This document shows, piece after piece, positions 1 to 9,271 of a stretch of 18,484 bases of DNA. The notes under the pieces were generated by a model. That model made no database searches. It was not told the DNA's origin and saw only the letters and a program-made list of their open reading frames with translations. The position numbers and the translations under genes are program-made. Source of the stretch: Promethearchaeota archaeon. GTDB taxonomy: Archaea > Asgardarchaeota > Lokiarchaeia > Sigyniarchaeales > SOKP01. The stretch's first letter is position 1. Every line of letters starts with the position of its first letter. The DNA lies in contig SHMW01000085.1 of assembly GCA_008080735.1 (NCBI GenBank), positions 1 to 18,484 on the forward strand, in the 5' to 3' direction.

Positions 1-1
1 C

Positions 2-127
2 TCGGTCAATTATAACAGCATCATCTATTACCAACGCCTCTACACCGCCAGAAAGGTCGATTTAGAAAGCAAGAAAAGCTATTACGCCATCCTCAGAAAT
101 TTCTTTTTCCACTTTTTGTTTAAATAG
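2..127 (+). CDS. Possible 3' end of a hypothetical protein entering from the left edge (partial)
   Basis: Frame +2 is open from the window edge to TAG at 125-127 (SVNYNSIIYYQRLYTARKVDLESKKSYYAILRNFFFHFLFK*), convergent with the kinase ending at 183. No recognisable motif. Confidence 0.4.
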   Translation, partial: SVNYNSIIYYQRLYTARKVDLESKKSYYAILRNFFFHFLFK

Positions 128-182
128 ACAGAATAATTAAGAGTAGTATGATCTCCATGAGTAATTTTAAACTCTAAAGTTT

Positions 183-3077
183 TTACTTTTGAGGTATAGT
201 AAAGAGAATAGTCGTTCCTTTATTTGGTCCTGGTGATTCTGCCCAGATTTCTCCCCCGTGCGCATTTACAATGCCCTTAGTGATATATAATCCAAGACCT
301 GTTCCACGGTATTTAACTTCATGTTTAATGGGACTTTTAATACGTTCAAATTTTCGAAATAATCGACCTATTTCGTTTGAATTCAATCCTAAACCATTAT
401 CTCTCACTTTAAATAAATATTCATCTTCATTCCGTTCTTTTCCGATTATTTTGATTTTCCCATTTTCTTTTGTGAATTTTATAGCATTAGATATAAGGTT
501 GGTAAATACTTGCGAAAGACGCTCTCTATCAATATTAATTATTTTGTTCTCGTCTATATCAATTAATACTTCGTGGTTTTTTTCTTTAATCTGGTATGAT
601 AGATCTTTGACACATTCTTCGATTAAATCACGTATATTTGTATCCTTTCGTTTCAGTTTGATTTTTTCCTCATCAATTTTCATTACTTCGAAAAGTTGAT
701 CCATAAGTTTTTCTAAGCGATTGACATTTTTTTTAATAGTTGCTAAGTCTTCTTTAACTTCCGTGTCTATATTTTCTGCATATTTCATTAATAAATAGTC
801 AGTGTAGCCAGAAATACTAATCAAGGGAGTTTTAAGTTCGTGAGCTGCATTTTGAATAAATTCGTTTTTTAAGTTATCTAAACGCTTAAGTTTAACGTTT
901 TGTTTTCGTAATTTCTCCTCTGATGCTCTTAATTCCCTGGTGCGTTCCATTACTTTTTTTTCTAGCTCTCTATTTAATTCCTTTAATTTTTCTTGTGACT
1001 CTTTAATTTTCTGCTGAGCTTTTTTATTTTCAGTGATATCTTGGATAATAACTTGAATTAGGGTCTCGTCTCCCAACTTAATAAGTGAGCCAATAACATT
1101 AATCCAGATTGCTCTATCTTTCGGTCGTTGAATTCGTACTTCGGTCGGTTTCAATTCTTTACCTTCTCTGATTTTTGAAAAGCGCTTTTTAAAATGAGAG
1201 ACTAGATGTTCAGATTTGTCGAGAAGAGAAAGGATTTCTGTGAAATTTTGTCCAATAAGATCCTCTTTGATGTGTTCAGTAAGTAATGTATTTGTAGTAG
1301 TATTACAATCTAAAATAGTTCCATCTAAACGGACTAACCAAATAGAATATGGGGAACCTTCAAATAAATATCGATATTTTTCTTCGGATTTTTTAAGCTG
1401 AGCTTCTGCTTTTTTTCTTTCTTCAATTTCTTTTTTTAATGCAAGTTCTGACTTTTTTCTTTCTGTAATATCATTAATAATCCCCCTTACTCCAACAATT
1501 TCTCCATTTTCATATATAGCTTTTGCATGACTGCGTCCATAAAAATAACTCCCATCCTTTTTTTGTAATAAAACATCATTTGGTTCGATTAGCTCTCCAT
1601 TCAGTATTTTATTAATATCTCTTATAGAAGGATCTAGATCTAATGGAGCGATAAATTCTGTAAATTTTATTCCCTTATAATCATCTTGAGAAATTCCAAA
1701 TTTTTCCAATCCAGATTTATTTACAAATGTTAATTCGAAATTTTTATTGAATTCATAGATGATTGCGGGTAGAGATTGTGCCAGATTCCGATATTTCTTT
1801 TCAGATTCTTTTAATTTTTTTTCTGCTTTAAGAAGCTTGGATATGTCATGAACTATACCTAATAATCCTGTAATTTCTTCATCTTTAAATAAAGGTCTTG
1901 AATGAAGCATCACGTATATTGATGATCCATCCTTTTTTATCATTTTATATTCATGAGCTTCCGTAATTTCACCATTTATGACTTTTTTAAAGTTTTTCTG
2001 GAGAAAAGTTAATTCTTCTTCTGGGAAAAAATTATTGATATGCATTTTTTCATAAATTTCTTCTGGTTTATAACCTAACATATGATAGGCTGCGGAATTA
2101 ACATATGTTATTATTCCTTCTTTATTTACAGTATAAACGACATCAGGCAGTAATTCGGTTAATTTTCTAAATCTCTTTTCACTTTGTTCTAAAGCTTTTT
2201 TTGATTTGGTTCGCTCTGTTATGTCTTCATATGCGATTAAGATCCCAATAACATCACCCGTTGAATCACGTAAAGGTACACGACTAACGTCTAGAAATCT
2301 TTCTTCATTTCCTACCTTAAACCATGATTCGATCTTATGAAATTCTGGATTTTTAGAATCTATAACTTTCTGCTCCCTCTCTGTGATATAGCTTCTGATA
2401 TCAATATTTTGATAAATTTCTCTATTTGTTTTACCTATTATAAGTTCTGGTTTTTCATATCCAATTACTCTAGCGAAATTGATATTACACCCCAAAAATG
2501 TGAGATTTTTATCCTTCCAAGCAATATATTGAGGCATTTGGTCGAGCACGAATTGAAGCATTTTAAGTGATTCTTTTAATGCACTCACACGCTGCTTCGG
2601 TTGTAATAGTTTCCAGAAACTAATTTCCGAGAGTGAATGGAACAAATCTCCATCTTTCTCATTTGACATTGTTTCCTCAGAAATCACAGATTTATCCTTG
2701 AAAATCTTGTTTAAAAGTAAGATAATTTTGCTATCTTGATCTCTATTATTTTTGAGAATACTCCCTTTTAGAATAAACCAAATAAATCCACCATTCTTAT
2801 TGATCAAGCGGATTTCAGTATTTACGATATGTCCTTTTTTTAATTGCTGGTGAAACTCAATAAATTTTTCTCGATCTTCATGATAAATAAAGGAAAGAAG
2901 GGAATCGTCTAATAATTCTTCAACGGAAAATCCAATTATACTTTTACTGTTATATCCAATATATTTTATTTTATAATTTTGATCAATAAGTATTGCCAAA
3001 TCATGAATATTTTTAATGAGTATTTTAATAAGATTGATGCTTTCTTCATTATTTAATAATTCAGTTAGTTCTGGCAT
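183..3077 (-). CDS. Soluble multi-PAS sensor histidine kinase (5 PAS/PAC, coiled coil, HisKA, HATPase_c)
   Basis: Repeated PAS/PAC units ending in DITE/DISK; H-box AAHELKTPL; N-box QVFTNLISNAIKF; G1 DNGLG; F-box LFRKF; G2 GTGLGL. No transmembrane segment seen. Confidence 0.95.
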   Translation of the reverse strand: MPELTELLNNEESINLIKILIKNIHDLAILIDQNYKIKYIGYNSKSIIGFSVEELLDDSLLSFIYHEDREKFIEFHQQLKKGHIVNTEIRLINKNGGFIWFILKGSILKNNRDQDSKIILLLNKIFKDKSVISEETMSNEKDGDLFHSLSEISFWKLLQPKQRVSALKESLKMLQFVLDQMPQYIAWKDKNLTFLGCNINFARVIGYEKPELIIGKTNREIYQNIDIRSYITEREQKVIDSKNPEFHKIESWFKVGNEERFLDVSRVPLRDSTGDVIGILIAYEDITERTKSKKALEQSEKRFRKLTELLPDVVYTVNKEGIITYVNSAAYHMLGYKPEEIYEKMHINNFFPEEELTFLQKNFKKVINGEITEAHEYKMIKKDGSSIYVMLHSRPLFKDEEITGLLGIVHDISKLLKAEKKLKESEKKYRNLAQSLPAIIYEFNKNFELTFVNKSGLEKFGISQDDYKGIKFTEFIAPLDLDPSIRDINKILNGELIEPNDVLLQKKDGSYFYGRSHAKAIYENGEIVGVRGIINDITERKKSELALKKEIEERKKAEAQLKKSEEKYRYLFEGSPYSIWLVRLDGTILDCNTTTNTLLTEHIKEDLIGQNFTEILSLLDKSEHLVSHFKKRFSKIREGKELKPTEVRIQRPKDRAIWINVIGSLIKLGDETLIQVIIQDITENKKAQQKIKESQEKLKELNRELEKKVMERTRELRASEEKLRKQNVKLKRLDNLKNEFIQNAAHELKTPLISISGYTDYLLMKYAENIDTEVKEDLATIKKNVNRLEKLMDQLFEVMKIDEEKIKLKRKDTNIRDLIEECVKDLSYQIKEKNHEVLIDIDENKIINIDRERLSQVFTNLISNAIKFTKENGKIKIIGKERNEDEYLFKVRDNGLGLNSNEIGRLFRKFERIKSPIKHEVKYRGTGLGLYITKGIVNAHGGEIWAESPGPNKGTTILFTIPQK

Positions 3078-3158
3078 TGAATGAGTAGGGTAATTTTTAC
3101 CAAATAATATTCTTTATAAAAGATATGGTTTTCCATCTATTTTAATATTATATAAATG

Positions 3159-6005
3159 TTAATCTACGGGAAGGGTAAATTTGAAAGTGCTACCCAAATT
3201 CTTTCCTTGAGATTCTGCCCAAATTTCTCCTCCATGTCCCTCAATTATTCCTTTAGAAATATATAGACCAAGTCCACTTCCTTTTGAGAACTTTTCTATA
3301 TCTTTTTCCAACATAACAAATTTTCCAAAAAGTTTTTCAATTTCACTTTCAACCAAACCAATTCCATTATCTTTCACACAACACAAAATTTTTTCCGCAT
3401 CATTCCTCTCAACGATAATTCGAATGTTTCCACCTTTCTGAGTAAATTTTATTGCGTTGCTCACTAAATTGGAAAATACTTGAGAGAGTCGAAATGGATC
3501 AACACGAGAAATAATTTGGTTATCTAGTCTAAAAGAGATCGAAATTTCTTTTTTCTGTATTTGATATTTCAAATCTTCAACGCATTCCTTCACTATGTTA
3601 GCAATATCTGTCTTTTGTTTATTAAAATCCATTTTCTGAGCATCTATTTTCATTGCGTCTAATAATTTATTGATATATTCCTCTAAACGCTTAGAATTAT
3701 TTAAAATACGTTCCAAATCTTCTCGAATCTCCGACTTTAGTTTTTGCTCTCTCAACAAGATCAAGTCAGTGTATCCAGATATAGAAATTAGAGGAGTTTT
3801 TAACTCATGTGCTGCCATGGTAATAAAGTCAGTTTTCAGTTGATCCAATTTTTTTAATTCTTTATTCTTTAGCTTTAATTCCCGCTCTGATTTTCTAAGT
3901 TTTAATTCTGCCACTTTTTTATCCGTAATATCCACAATAGAAATTAATTTTGCTTTTTTGCCTTGATATTTAATTCTTCTTATAAACACATCTAAATATT
4001 TCGTTTGTTGGGATTTAGTTATCATTCTTATCGAAAATTGTTTTGTAAATCCAAAAGAAGATTTTGATGTTTCATTCACTAATTCCATAAATTTTAATTT
4101 ATCTTTCGGATGGATGGATTCTACTATACTCTCCATTCCTAAATTTTCCATTTCTTCAATTTCCCAACCTAAAATAGAAGAGAGTGCTTTATTGGCATAT
4201 ATTAAGGTGTTATCTTGAATAAATGTGATACCTAATAGGGACTGCTCAGATATAGTTCGGAACTTCTCCTCTGATTCTCTCAATTTCTTCGTACGTTCTG
4301 AAATTTTCTTTTCTAATAACTTATTTAGTTTTTTTAACTTTTCCTCTGATTTCTTAATTTTCTCTTCATTTCTTTTCCTTTCAGTTATATCCCTTGAAAT
4401 TAATAACGCTTTTGATCTATTATCAGTATCATTAAAGATCCTCCCCTTCACATCTAACCATATCCATTTCCCGCTCTTATGTTTGAATCTTACTTCTTGT
4501 GATCCGGGTTTTTCTTTAGCAAAACTAAATTTCAATGTCTTAATTGCCCTTTTTCTATCATCGGGATGAAGATAATCAATACAAGATTGACCGATCAAAT
4601 CATCTTTTGAATATCCCAATCCCATTAGGTAAGGTTGTTTATTTATATATTCAAATTTTAGTTGATCATTAATTATTGTGATATAATCATTTGCATTTTC
4701 AGAAATAAGTCGATATCGCTCTTCAGACTTCTTTAATTTTTGCTGAAGTAGATATTTTTCTGTTATTTCTCGTAATAAACCACTGAATCCAATTTTATTT
4801 CCTTCAGAATCATATCTCAAATTAATTGAAGTCTCAACGTAAACTTCTTTTCCTTCTTTATCATATGCTTTATACTGAAAATCTTTAACGCTAGTTTCTG
4901 TCCTATATACATAATTAAATTTATTATATATCTTTTTATGTGTTGATTCATCACAGAATATTTTATAATTTATTCCAATAAACTCTTCGCCGTCATATCC
5001 CAGTAAATCTATAAATGCATCATTAGCAAAAGTAATATTACCCCTTAAATCTACTTCATAATATGATTCTTTAATATTTTCTAAAATATTTCGATATTTT
5101 TTCTCTGAAGCTCTTAATCTCTCTTCAGCTAGCTTGGATGAGGTCATATCTTGATACATAGATAAAATCCCGACAACTTCATCATTATCACCCGATAAAG
5201 GGATCCTATTTACATTAAAAATTAGTTTTTCTCCATTGGGAAGGATAAAAATTTCATTTTTTTTTAGGCTTGGTTTATTAGAACTAACCACTTCTTGTTC
5301 AATACGCCCAAATTCTTTAGCATAATTTCTAAATAGGGGGAGGTCCTTATTAGTTTTGCCAGTTATCTCACTTGGGTCGGTTAAACCAGCTAATTCGGAA
5401 AAGTTTTTGTTGCATCCTAAGAAATTTAAATTATCATCTTTCCAAAATACATAATGAGGAATATTATCCATTACCGTTTCGAGCATTTCTTGAGATTTTT
5501 GAACCGCACTTACGCATTTTTTAGGCTGCAGTAAACGCCAATATTTTATTTCAGGTACATATTCAGAAATCCATCGAAATCTGGCTCGAGCCTCTTCTAG
5601 ATTTTTCTCAAACATCTTTTCTTTATCAATATCCCTTGCAACTATGAAAATATTATCAAAGCCCAAAATATCTACTCTATTTATGGAGATCTCGCACCAG
5701 AAATACTCTTGTTTTTGCTTCTTTAATCTAATTTCCAAAGATTTACTGGTTTTTAATAAGCCATTATTCAATATATTAAGAAATTTATCAATATCTTCTT
5801 TGTGGATCAATTCCAAGAAAGATTCACCTACTAATTGACTTTGGGAAACCTTAAGAATTCGTTTTGCTTGGTTTTTGTTAATAAAATCAATTCGGAATTC
5901 ATTATTATCTCTAAGTATAAAGATAAGATCTTTAGTCTGCTGTAATAGGTGTTCTTGAATCCTTTCTAAAAAGTCTTTCTTAATAGTTGATTCCATTTTC
6001 CTCAA
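3159..6005 (-). CDS. Soluble multi-PAS sensor histidine kinase, paralog of the adjacent kinase
   Basis: 5 PAS/PAC units; H-box AAHELKTPLISISGY identical to the neighbour; N-box QVFSNLVSNAIKF; DNGIG; GSGLGL. The start may be the downstream ATG (MEST...). Confidence 0.95.
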   Translation of the reverse strand: MRKMESTIKKDFLERIQEHLLQQTKDLIFILRDNNEFRIDFINKNQAKRILKVSQSQLVGESFLELIHKEDIDKFLNILNNGLLKTSKSLEIRLKKQKQEYFWCEISINRVDILGFDNIFIVARDIDKEKMFEKNLEEARARFRWISEYVPEIKYWRLLQPKKCVSAVQKSQEMLETVMDNIPHYVFWKDDNLNFLGCNKNFSELAGLTDPSEITGKTNKDLPLFRNYAKEFGRIEQEVVSSNKPSLKKNEIFILPNGEKLIFNVNRIPLSGDNDEVVGILSMYQDMTSSKLAEERLRASEKKYRNILENIKESYYEVDLRGNITFANDAFIDLLGYDGEEFIGINYKIFCDESTHKKIYNKFNYVYRTETSVKDFQYKAYDKEGKEVYVETSINLRYDSEGNKIGFSGLLREITEKYLLQQKLKKSEERYRLISENANDYITIINDQLKFEYINKQPYLMGLGYSKDDLIGQSCIDYLHPDDRKRAIKTLKFSFAKEKPGSQEVRFKHKSGKWIWLDVKGRIFNDTDNRSKALLISRDITERKRNEEKIKKSEEKLKKLNKLLEKKISERTKKLRESEEKFRTISEQSLLGITFIQDNTLIYANKALSSILGWEIEEMENLGMESIVESIHPKDKLKFMELVNETSKSSFGFTKQFSIRMITKSQQTKYLDVFIRRIKYQGKKAKLISIVDITDKKVAELKLRKSERELKLKNKELKKLDQLKTDFITMAAHELKTPLISISGYTDLILLREQKLKSEIREDLERILNNSKRLEEYINKLLDAMKIDAQKMDFNKQKTDIANIVKECVEDLKYQIQKKEISISFRLDNQIISRVDPFRLSQVFSNLVSNAIKFTQKGGNIRIIVERNDAEKILCCVKDNGIGLVESEIEKLFGKFVMLEKDIEKFSKGSGLGLYISKGIIEGHGGEIWAESQGKNLGSTFKFTLPVD

Positions 6006-6161
6006 TTGATTTTTTTCTGAATTATTCTTTAGTAAATTTTATTAATTATAAATTAAAGATATTGGTATTTAGTGAAAATATTAAAAAAAAGTGAATTCTA
6101 ATACTATCTACCTAAGTTTTCTTGGGGATTATAAAAAATACCAAAGGTAGGTAGAAGAAAA

Positions 6162-7361
6162 TTGAAATTTAATATTAAAGATGAATCTTTATTGGATGAT
6201 TATGGGCCAGAAAAAATCATTAATATAAACAATCCTTCAATTGGATTAAATGCTGTTTTAGTTATAGATAACTCTGTATATGGAATTCCCGCCGGGGGAA
6301 TAAGGCTGCTTCCTGATATTGAATTAGATGAGATGATTAGACTATCAAGAGCTATGACGCTAAAATTCTGTTCTTATAAAATGAAAGTGGGAGGCTCTAA
6401 GGCAGGTATTTGGGGTGATCCAACAGATGACGAAGAAAAAAATATATTGCTAACTGGTTTCGCCAAGCAGATTGAACCATTTATTAAAAATGACGTTTAT
6501 TATCCGGGACCCGATATGGGCACTGATGATTATGATTTATTGAAGATCTTTAATGTAATTGGAGCATCAAACCTTGCTCCAAATAAGTTAGGGATGAAAA
6601 AGAGTGGAGTGCCAGTCGAGGAATTATTCACTGGTTATGGGGTAGTTTATTGCTTGGAAGTAATTTATAATAATTTAGAGAAATTATCTTATAAGGAAAG
6701 AGATACCAGCAAAACTCCCTCAGTGATCTTGGAGGGATTTGGGAAAGTCGGCACTGCTATAGGAATGGCTCTAGATGAGTTGGGATTTACACTCACGGGC
6801 GTTTCTACTATAAAAGGTGCGATATTCGATGAAAATGGTTTAGAGATAAATAAACTTTTAGAATTAAAAGATCAATATGGAGATGATTTGGTAAATTATT
6901 ATGAGAGTTCCAATCTTCTAAGGGTTGAAAAGGAAAAGCTTTTCGAACTCTCTTCTGAATACCGAACAGATTTTATCATACCAGGAGCAAGACCTGATGT
7001 AATTAATAAACAAAATATTGATAAGATTGATGCAATTGCGATTGTTCCTGCTGCGAATATTCCGTATCAAAAAGGAATTTTTGAAACCTTGGAGGAGAAA
7101 AGCATTATAGCATTTCCCGATTTCGTGGCGAATGCGGGAGAGATTCTGGCAATTTGGGTAAATAAGGTTGCCAAAAATGCCGAGGAAATATTTGAGTTTA
7201 TAAAAGAAAAAATTTCTGATAAAACATTTGAGACGATTCAAGGTGCAGCGGAGGAAAGTATGACACCTTATAATTATGCGGTACAAAATGCCCTTAAAGA
7301 ATTAGAAAAACAAATGCGGAGGAACAAACGAAAACTCACCAAATTGAATGAGAGATATTAA
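6162..7361 (+). CDS. Glu/Leu/Phe/Val (ELFV) dehydrogenase-family protein, specificity uncertain
   Basis: GGIR, MTLK (K68), GGSKAG (catalytic K80), PGPDMGT (D118), TGYGV, Rossmann GFGKVG, PAAN and PDFVANAG motifs. TTG start preceded by AGGTAGGT. Confidence 0.9.
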   Translation: MKFNIKDESLLDDYGPEKIININNPSIGLNAVLVIDNSVYGIPAGGIRLLPDIELDEMIRLSRAMTLKFCSYKMKVGGSKAGIWGDPTDDEEKNILLTGFAKQIEPFIKNDVYYPGPDMGTDDYDLLKIFNVIGASNLAPNKLGMKKSGVPVEELFTGYGVVYCLEVIYNNLEKLSYKERDTSKTPSVILEGFGKVGTAIGMALDELGFTLTGVSTIKGAIFDENGLEINKLLELKDQYGDDLVNYYESSNLLRVEKEKLFELSSEYRTDFIIPGARPDVINKQNIDKIDAIAIVPAANIPYQKGIFETLEEKSIIAFPDFVANAGEILAIWVNKVAKNAEEIFEFIKEKISDKTFETIQGAAEESMTPYNYAVQNALKELEKQMRRNKRKLTKLNERY

Positions 7362-7396
7362 AATTATTAGATAATAAATTTGCTACATAATATCAA

Positions 7397-7407
7397 TTTT
7401 TTTTTTT
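7397..7407 (+). terminator. Oligo-T tract, probable archaeal intrinsic terminator between convergent genes
   Basis: 11 consecutive T about 35 nt after the dehydrogenase stop codon. Confidence 0.5.
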
Positions 7408-7429
7408 ATCATATCCATTTCTAAAAAAA

Positions 7430-8050
7430 TCACCTAAATAATTCATATCCCGCTTTAAGACGTTGAAGTGCTGTAATAAATACTAAAAAAGCGAAAAGCC
7501 ATAATATTATGAGACGTGTGATAGGGATAAGAATTAAAACTACTAAAAAAAGAAAGGTTTCTCCTCTTTCCATAATTCCATTAGCATAGTATATTATTTT
7601 TTCCGACCGCTCTAATTTTTCTTCATTAACAGCTCCCCCAATAGCTAAAAACACAGTTATGCAAAGAACAATAGCAGCTAAAGAGAAGATTCCCGGCCAA
7701 AATAAGAATGTATCTGTGGAAATAATGGCAATTAATACGAATACTTCGACAGTTCTATCACAAAAAAGATCAAGAACCCCACCAAATTGACTGGAATTCC
7801 CCGTCCGAGCCACTGCACCATCAATAGCATCAAAAAAAAAAGAGATACATAAAAATACCACGGAAGCGATTAAAATATAAAGATTATCAAAATAAAGTGG
7901 GCTTATCCATATTAATAGAGCACTGCATAACCCTAAAAATAAACCCAAAATCGTTAGAGAGTTTGCTGATATTTTATGATAAAATGTTTTCTGTATAAAC
8001 TTTTCAAAGGATTCTTTAAATTTCGTTTTAGAAAGCAGATTATCCAGCAA
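7430..8050 (-). CDS. CDP-alcohol phosphatidyltransferase family protein (phospholipid head-group synthesis)
   Basis: Complete signature DxxDGxxAR...GxxxDxxxD (DAIDGAVARTGNSSQFGGVLDLFCD), N-terminal ANSLT, late ERGE motif and multiple TM helices. Confidence 0.93.
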   Translation of the reverse strand: MLDNLLSKTKFKESFEKFIQKTFYHKISANSLTILGLFLGLCSALLIWISPLYFDNLYILIASVVFLCISFFFDAIDGAVARTGNSSQFGGVLDLFCDRTVEVFVLIAIISTDTFLFWPGIFSLAAIVLCITVFLAIGGAVNEEKLERSEKIIYYANGIMERGETFLFLVVLILIPITRLIILWLFAFLVFITALQRLKAGYELFR

Positions 8051-8153
8051 AGATATTCACATCCTTTAGAAAACCTATTTTATACTACAATAGAAATTAA
8101 GATTACTATTATAACCTTACCATTATTTTAATAATAAAAAAGGATTCATTCTT

Positions 8154-8288
8154 TCATAAAAAATCCTTTTTAATCGTTTCATTTGCTTCTCTTGCTTGAA
8201 CGCTATAAGAATATTGTGGACCAATCCTCTCGCAGATCTCCTCGATGAAATTAAGCATATATTCAGTTAATTCCTTATTTATATCCAT
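8154..8288 (-). pseudogene. 44-aa ORF, probable N-terminal remnant of an M28/M20-like metallopeptidase
   Basis: Manual translation MDINKELTEYMLNFIEEICERIGPQYSYSVQAREANETIKKDFL*. It resembles the 'I..IC..IGPR.S.S..E..A...I...F' N-terminus of M28-type aminopeptidases (from memory, not searched). No room for a catalytic domain downstream. Confidence 0.5.
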
Positions 8289-8412
8289 ATTGCCCAGCCA
8301 ACTTGCTTACTAATGATCTATAAATGAATCTTTGATATTAATCTATAAAAGCCAATCTAGGTATTTTCAAAAAACCCAAGGCGTTTTTAAAATATAAATT
8401 AAGAGAGAAATT

Positions 8413-9102
8413 TTAGGTTATAACATACTTGGAAATTTCATAATTCACTTTTTTTGATGTCTGAAAAAAGAAAGTAATTTTATATAGCCGATTTGGTTTG
8501 AAAATCTTTAACCTTCTTTCGGTATTAAATCCCTCATGGGTATAAAACATTCCGCGTTCTTTAAGGATATTATTAAGTAGGTACAGTTCCATCTCATCTT
8601 CAGGAGTGCTATCCAACTTATTCAAGAGATTAGTAAAATATTCTCCCATCTCCATTGAAGTGCATCTAAAAAAATCGTTGATGTTATCGAAATCCTTATT
8701 TTCTATTGAATAAAAAGCAAAATCTAGTCTTAATTTCCCAAATCCAGCGTTTTTAATCATAAAATCTATTTCATAAAGATCTTCCTTTAAATGTTGAATT
8801 ATAAGCTCTTTAACTGCGTATTCTTTTAAATACATCATCCTATACAAGATCCCTGTGAGTGAAAGGATTAATGCTGCAACTGAGAATATTTCAGTGACTC
8901 TCGAAATTATGAATCCAGATAAGATTATAAGTAGTAATAGCATTAGAGAAACGATTAATACAAATATTATAAGGAAGAAACTTCTTTTATAATAATAAAA
9001 AAACCTTACAAGTTTATAATGAATTTTTCTCGATTTTGCAATATAATTCGATAATAGAGCCTTGACCTCTTCATTATCATTTATTAACTCATAGTTTTTC
9101 AT
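8413..9102 (-). CDS. Hypothetical membrane protein (two TM helices plus soluble C-terminal domain)
   Basis: 229-aa ORF with hydrophobic stretches at about aa 42-66 and 72-87. No recognised motif. Confidence 0.75.
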   Translation of the reverse strand: MKNYELINDNEEVKALLSNYIAKSRKIHYKLVRFFYYYKRSFFLIIFVLIVSLMLLLLIILSGFIISRVTEIFSVAALILSLTGILYRMMYLKEYAVKELIIQHLKEDLYEIDFMIKNAGFGKLRLDFAFYSIENKDFDNINDFFRCTSMEMGEYFTNLLNKLDSTPEDEMELYLLNNILKERGMFYTHEGFNTERRLKIFKPNRLYKITFFFQTSKKVNYEISKYVIT

Positions 9103-9271
9103 TATATTACCCTTCTCTTATTGCTGAATCTGAAATAGAGACATAATAAAATTCTCTTCAAATCTTATATAGAAATATCTTAGTTGGATTAGGAAAATTA
9201 TTTATTTTACAGATAAAAATATTTCTTTTTTAGAGAATTCAAAATTTAAGATGATTATTAATATCTCAAAA

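Noticed and set aside
1-121. Minus-strand protein-like frame (...EISEDGVIAFLAF*IDLSGGVEALVIDDAVIIDR) with an internal TAA
   Set aside because: Interrupted, lacks a clear start, and is better explained as the antisense of the open plus-strand frame.
271-5838. Plus-strand ORFs 271-699, 1216-1401, 2337-2570, 4225-4569 and 5644-5838
   Set aside because: Antisense shadows of the kinase genes with Phe/Ser/Leu-rich composition and no motifs.
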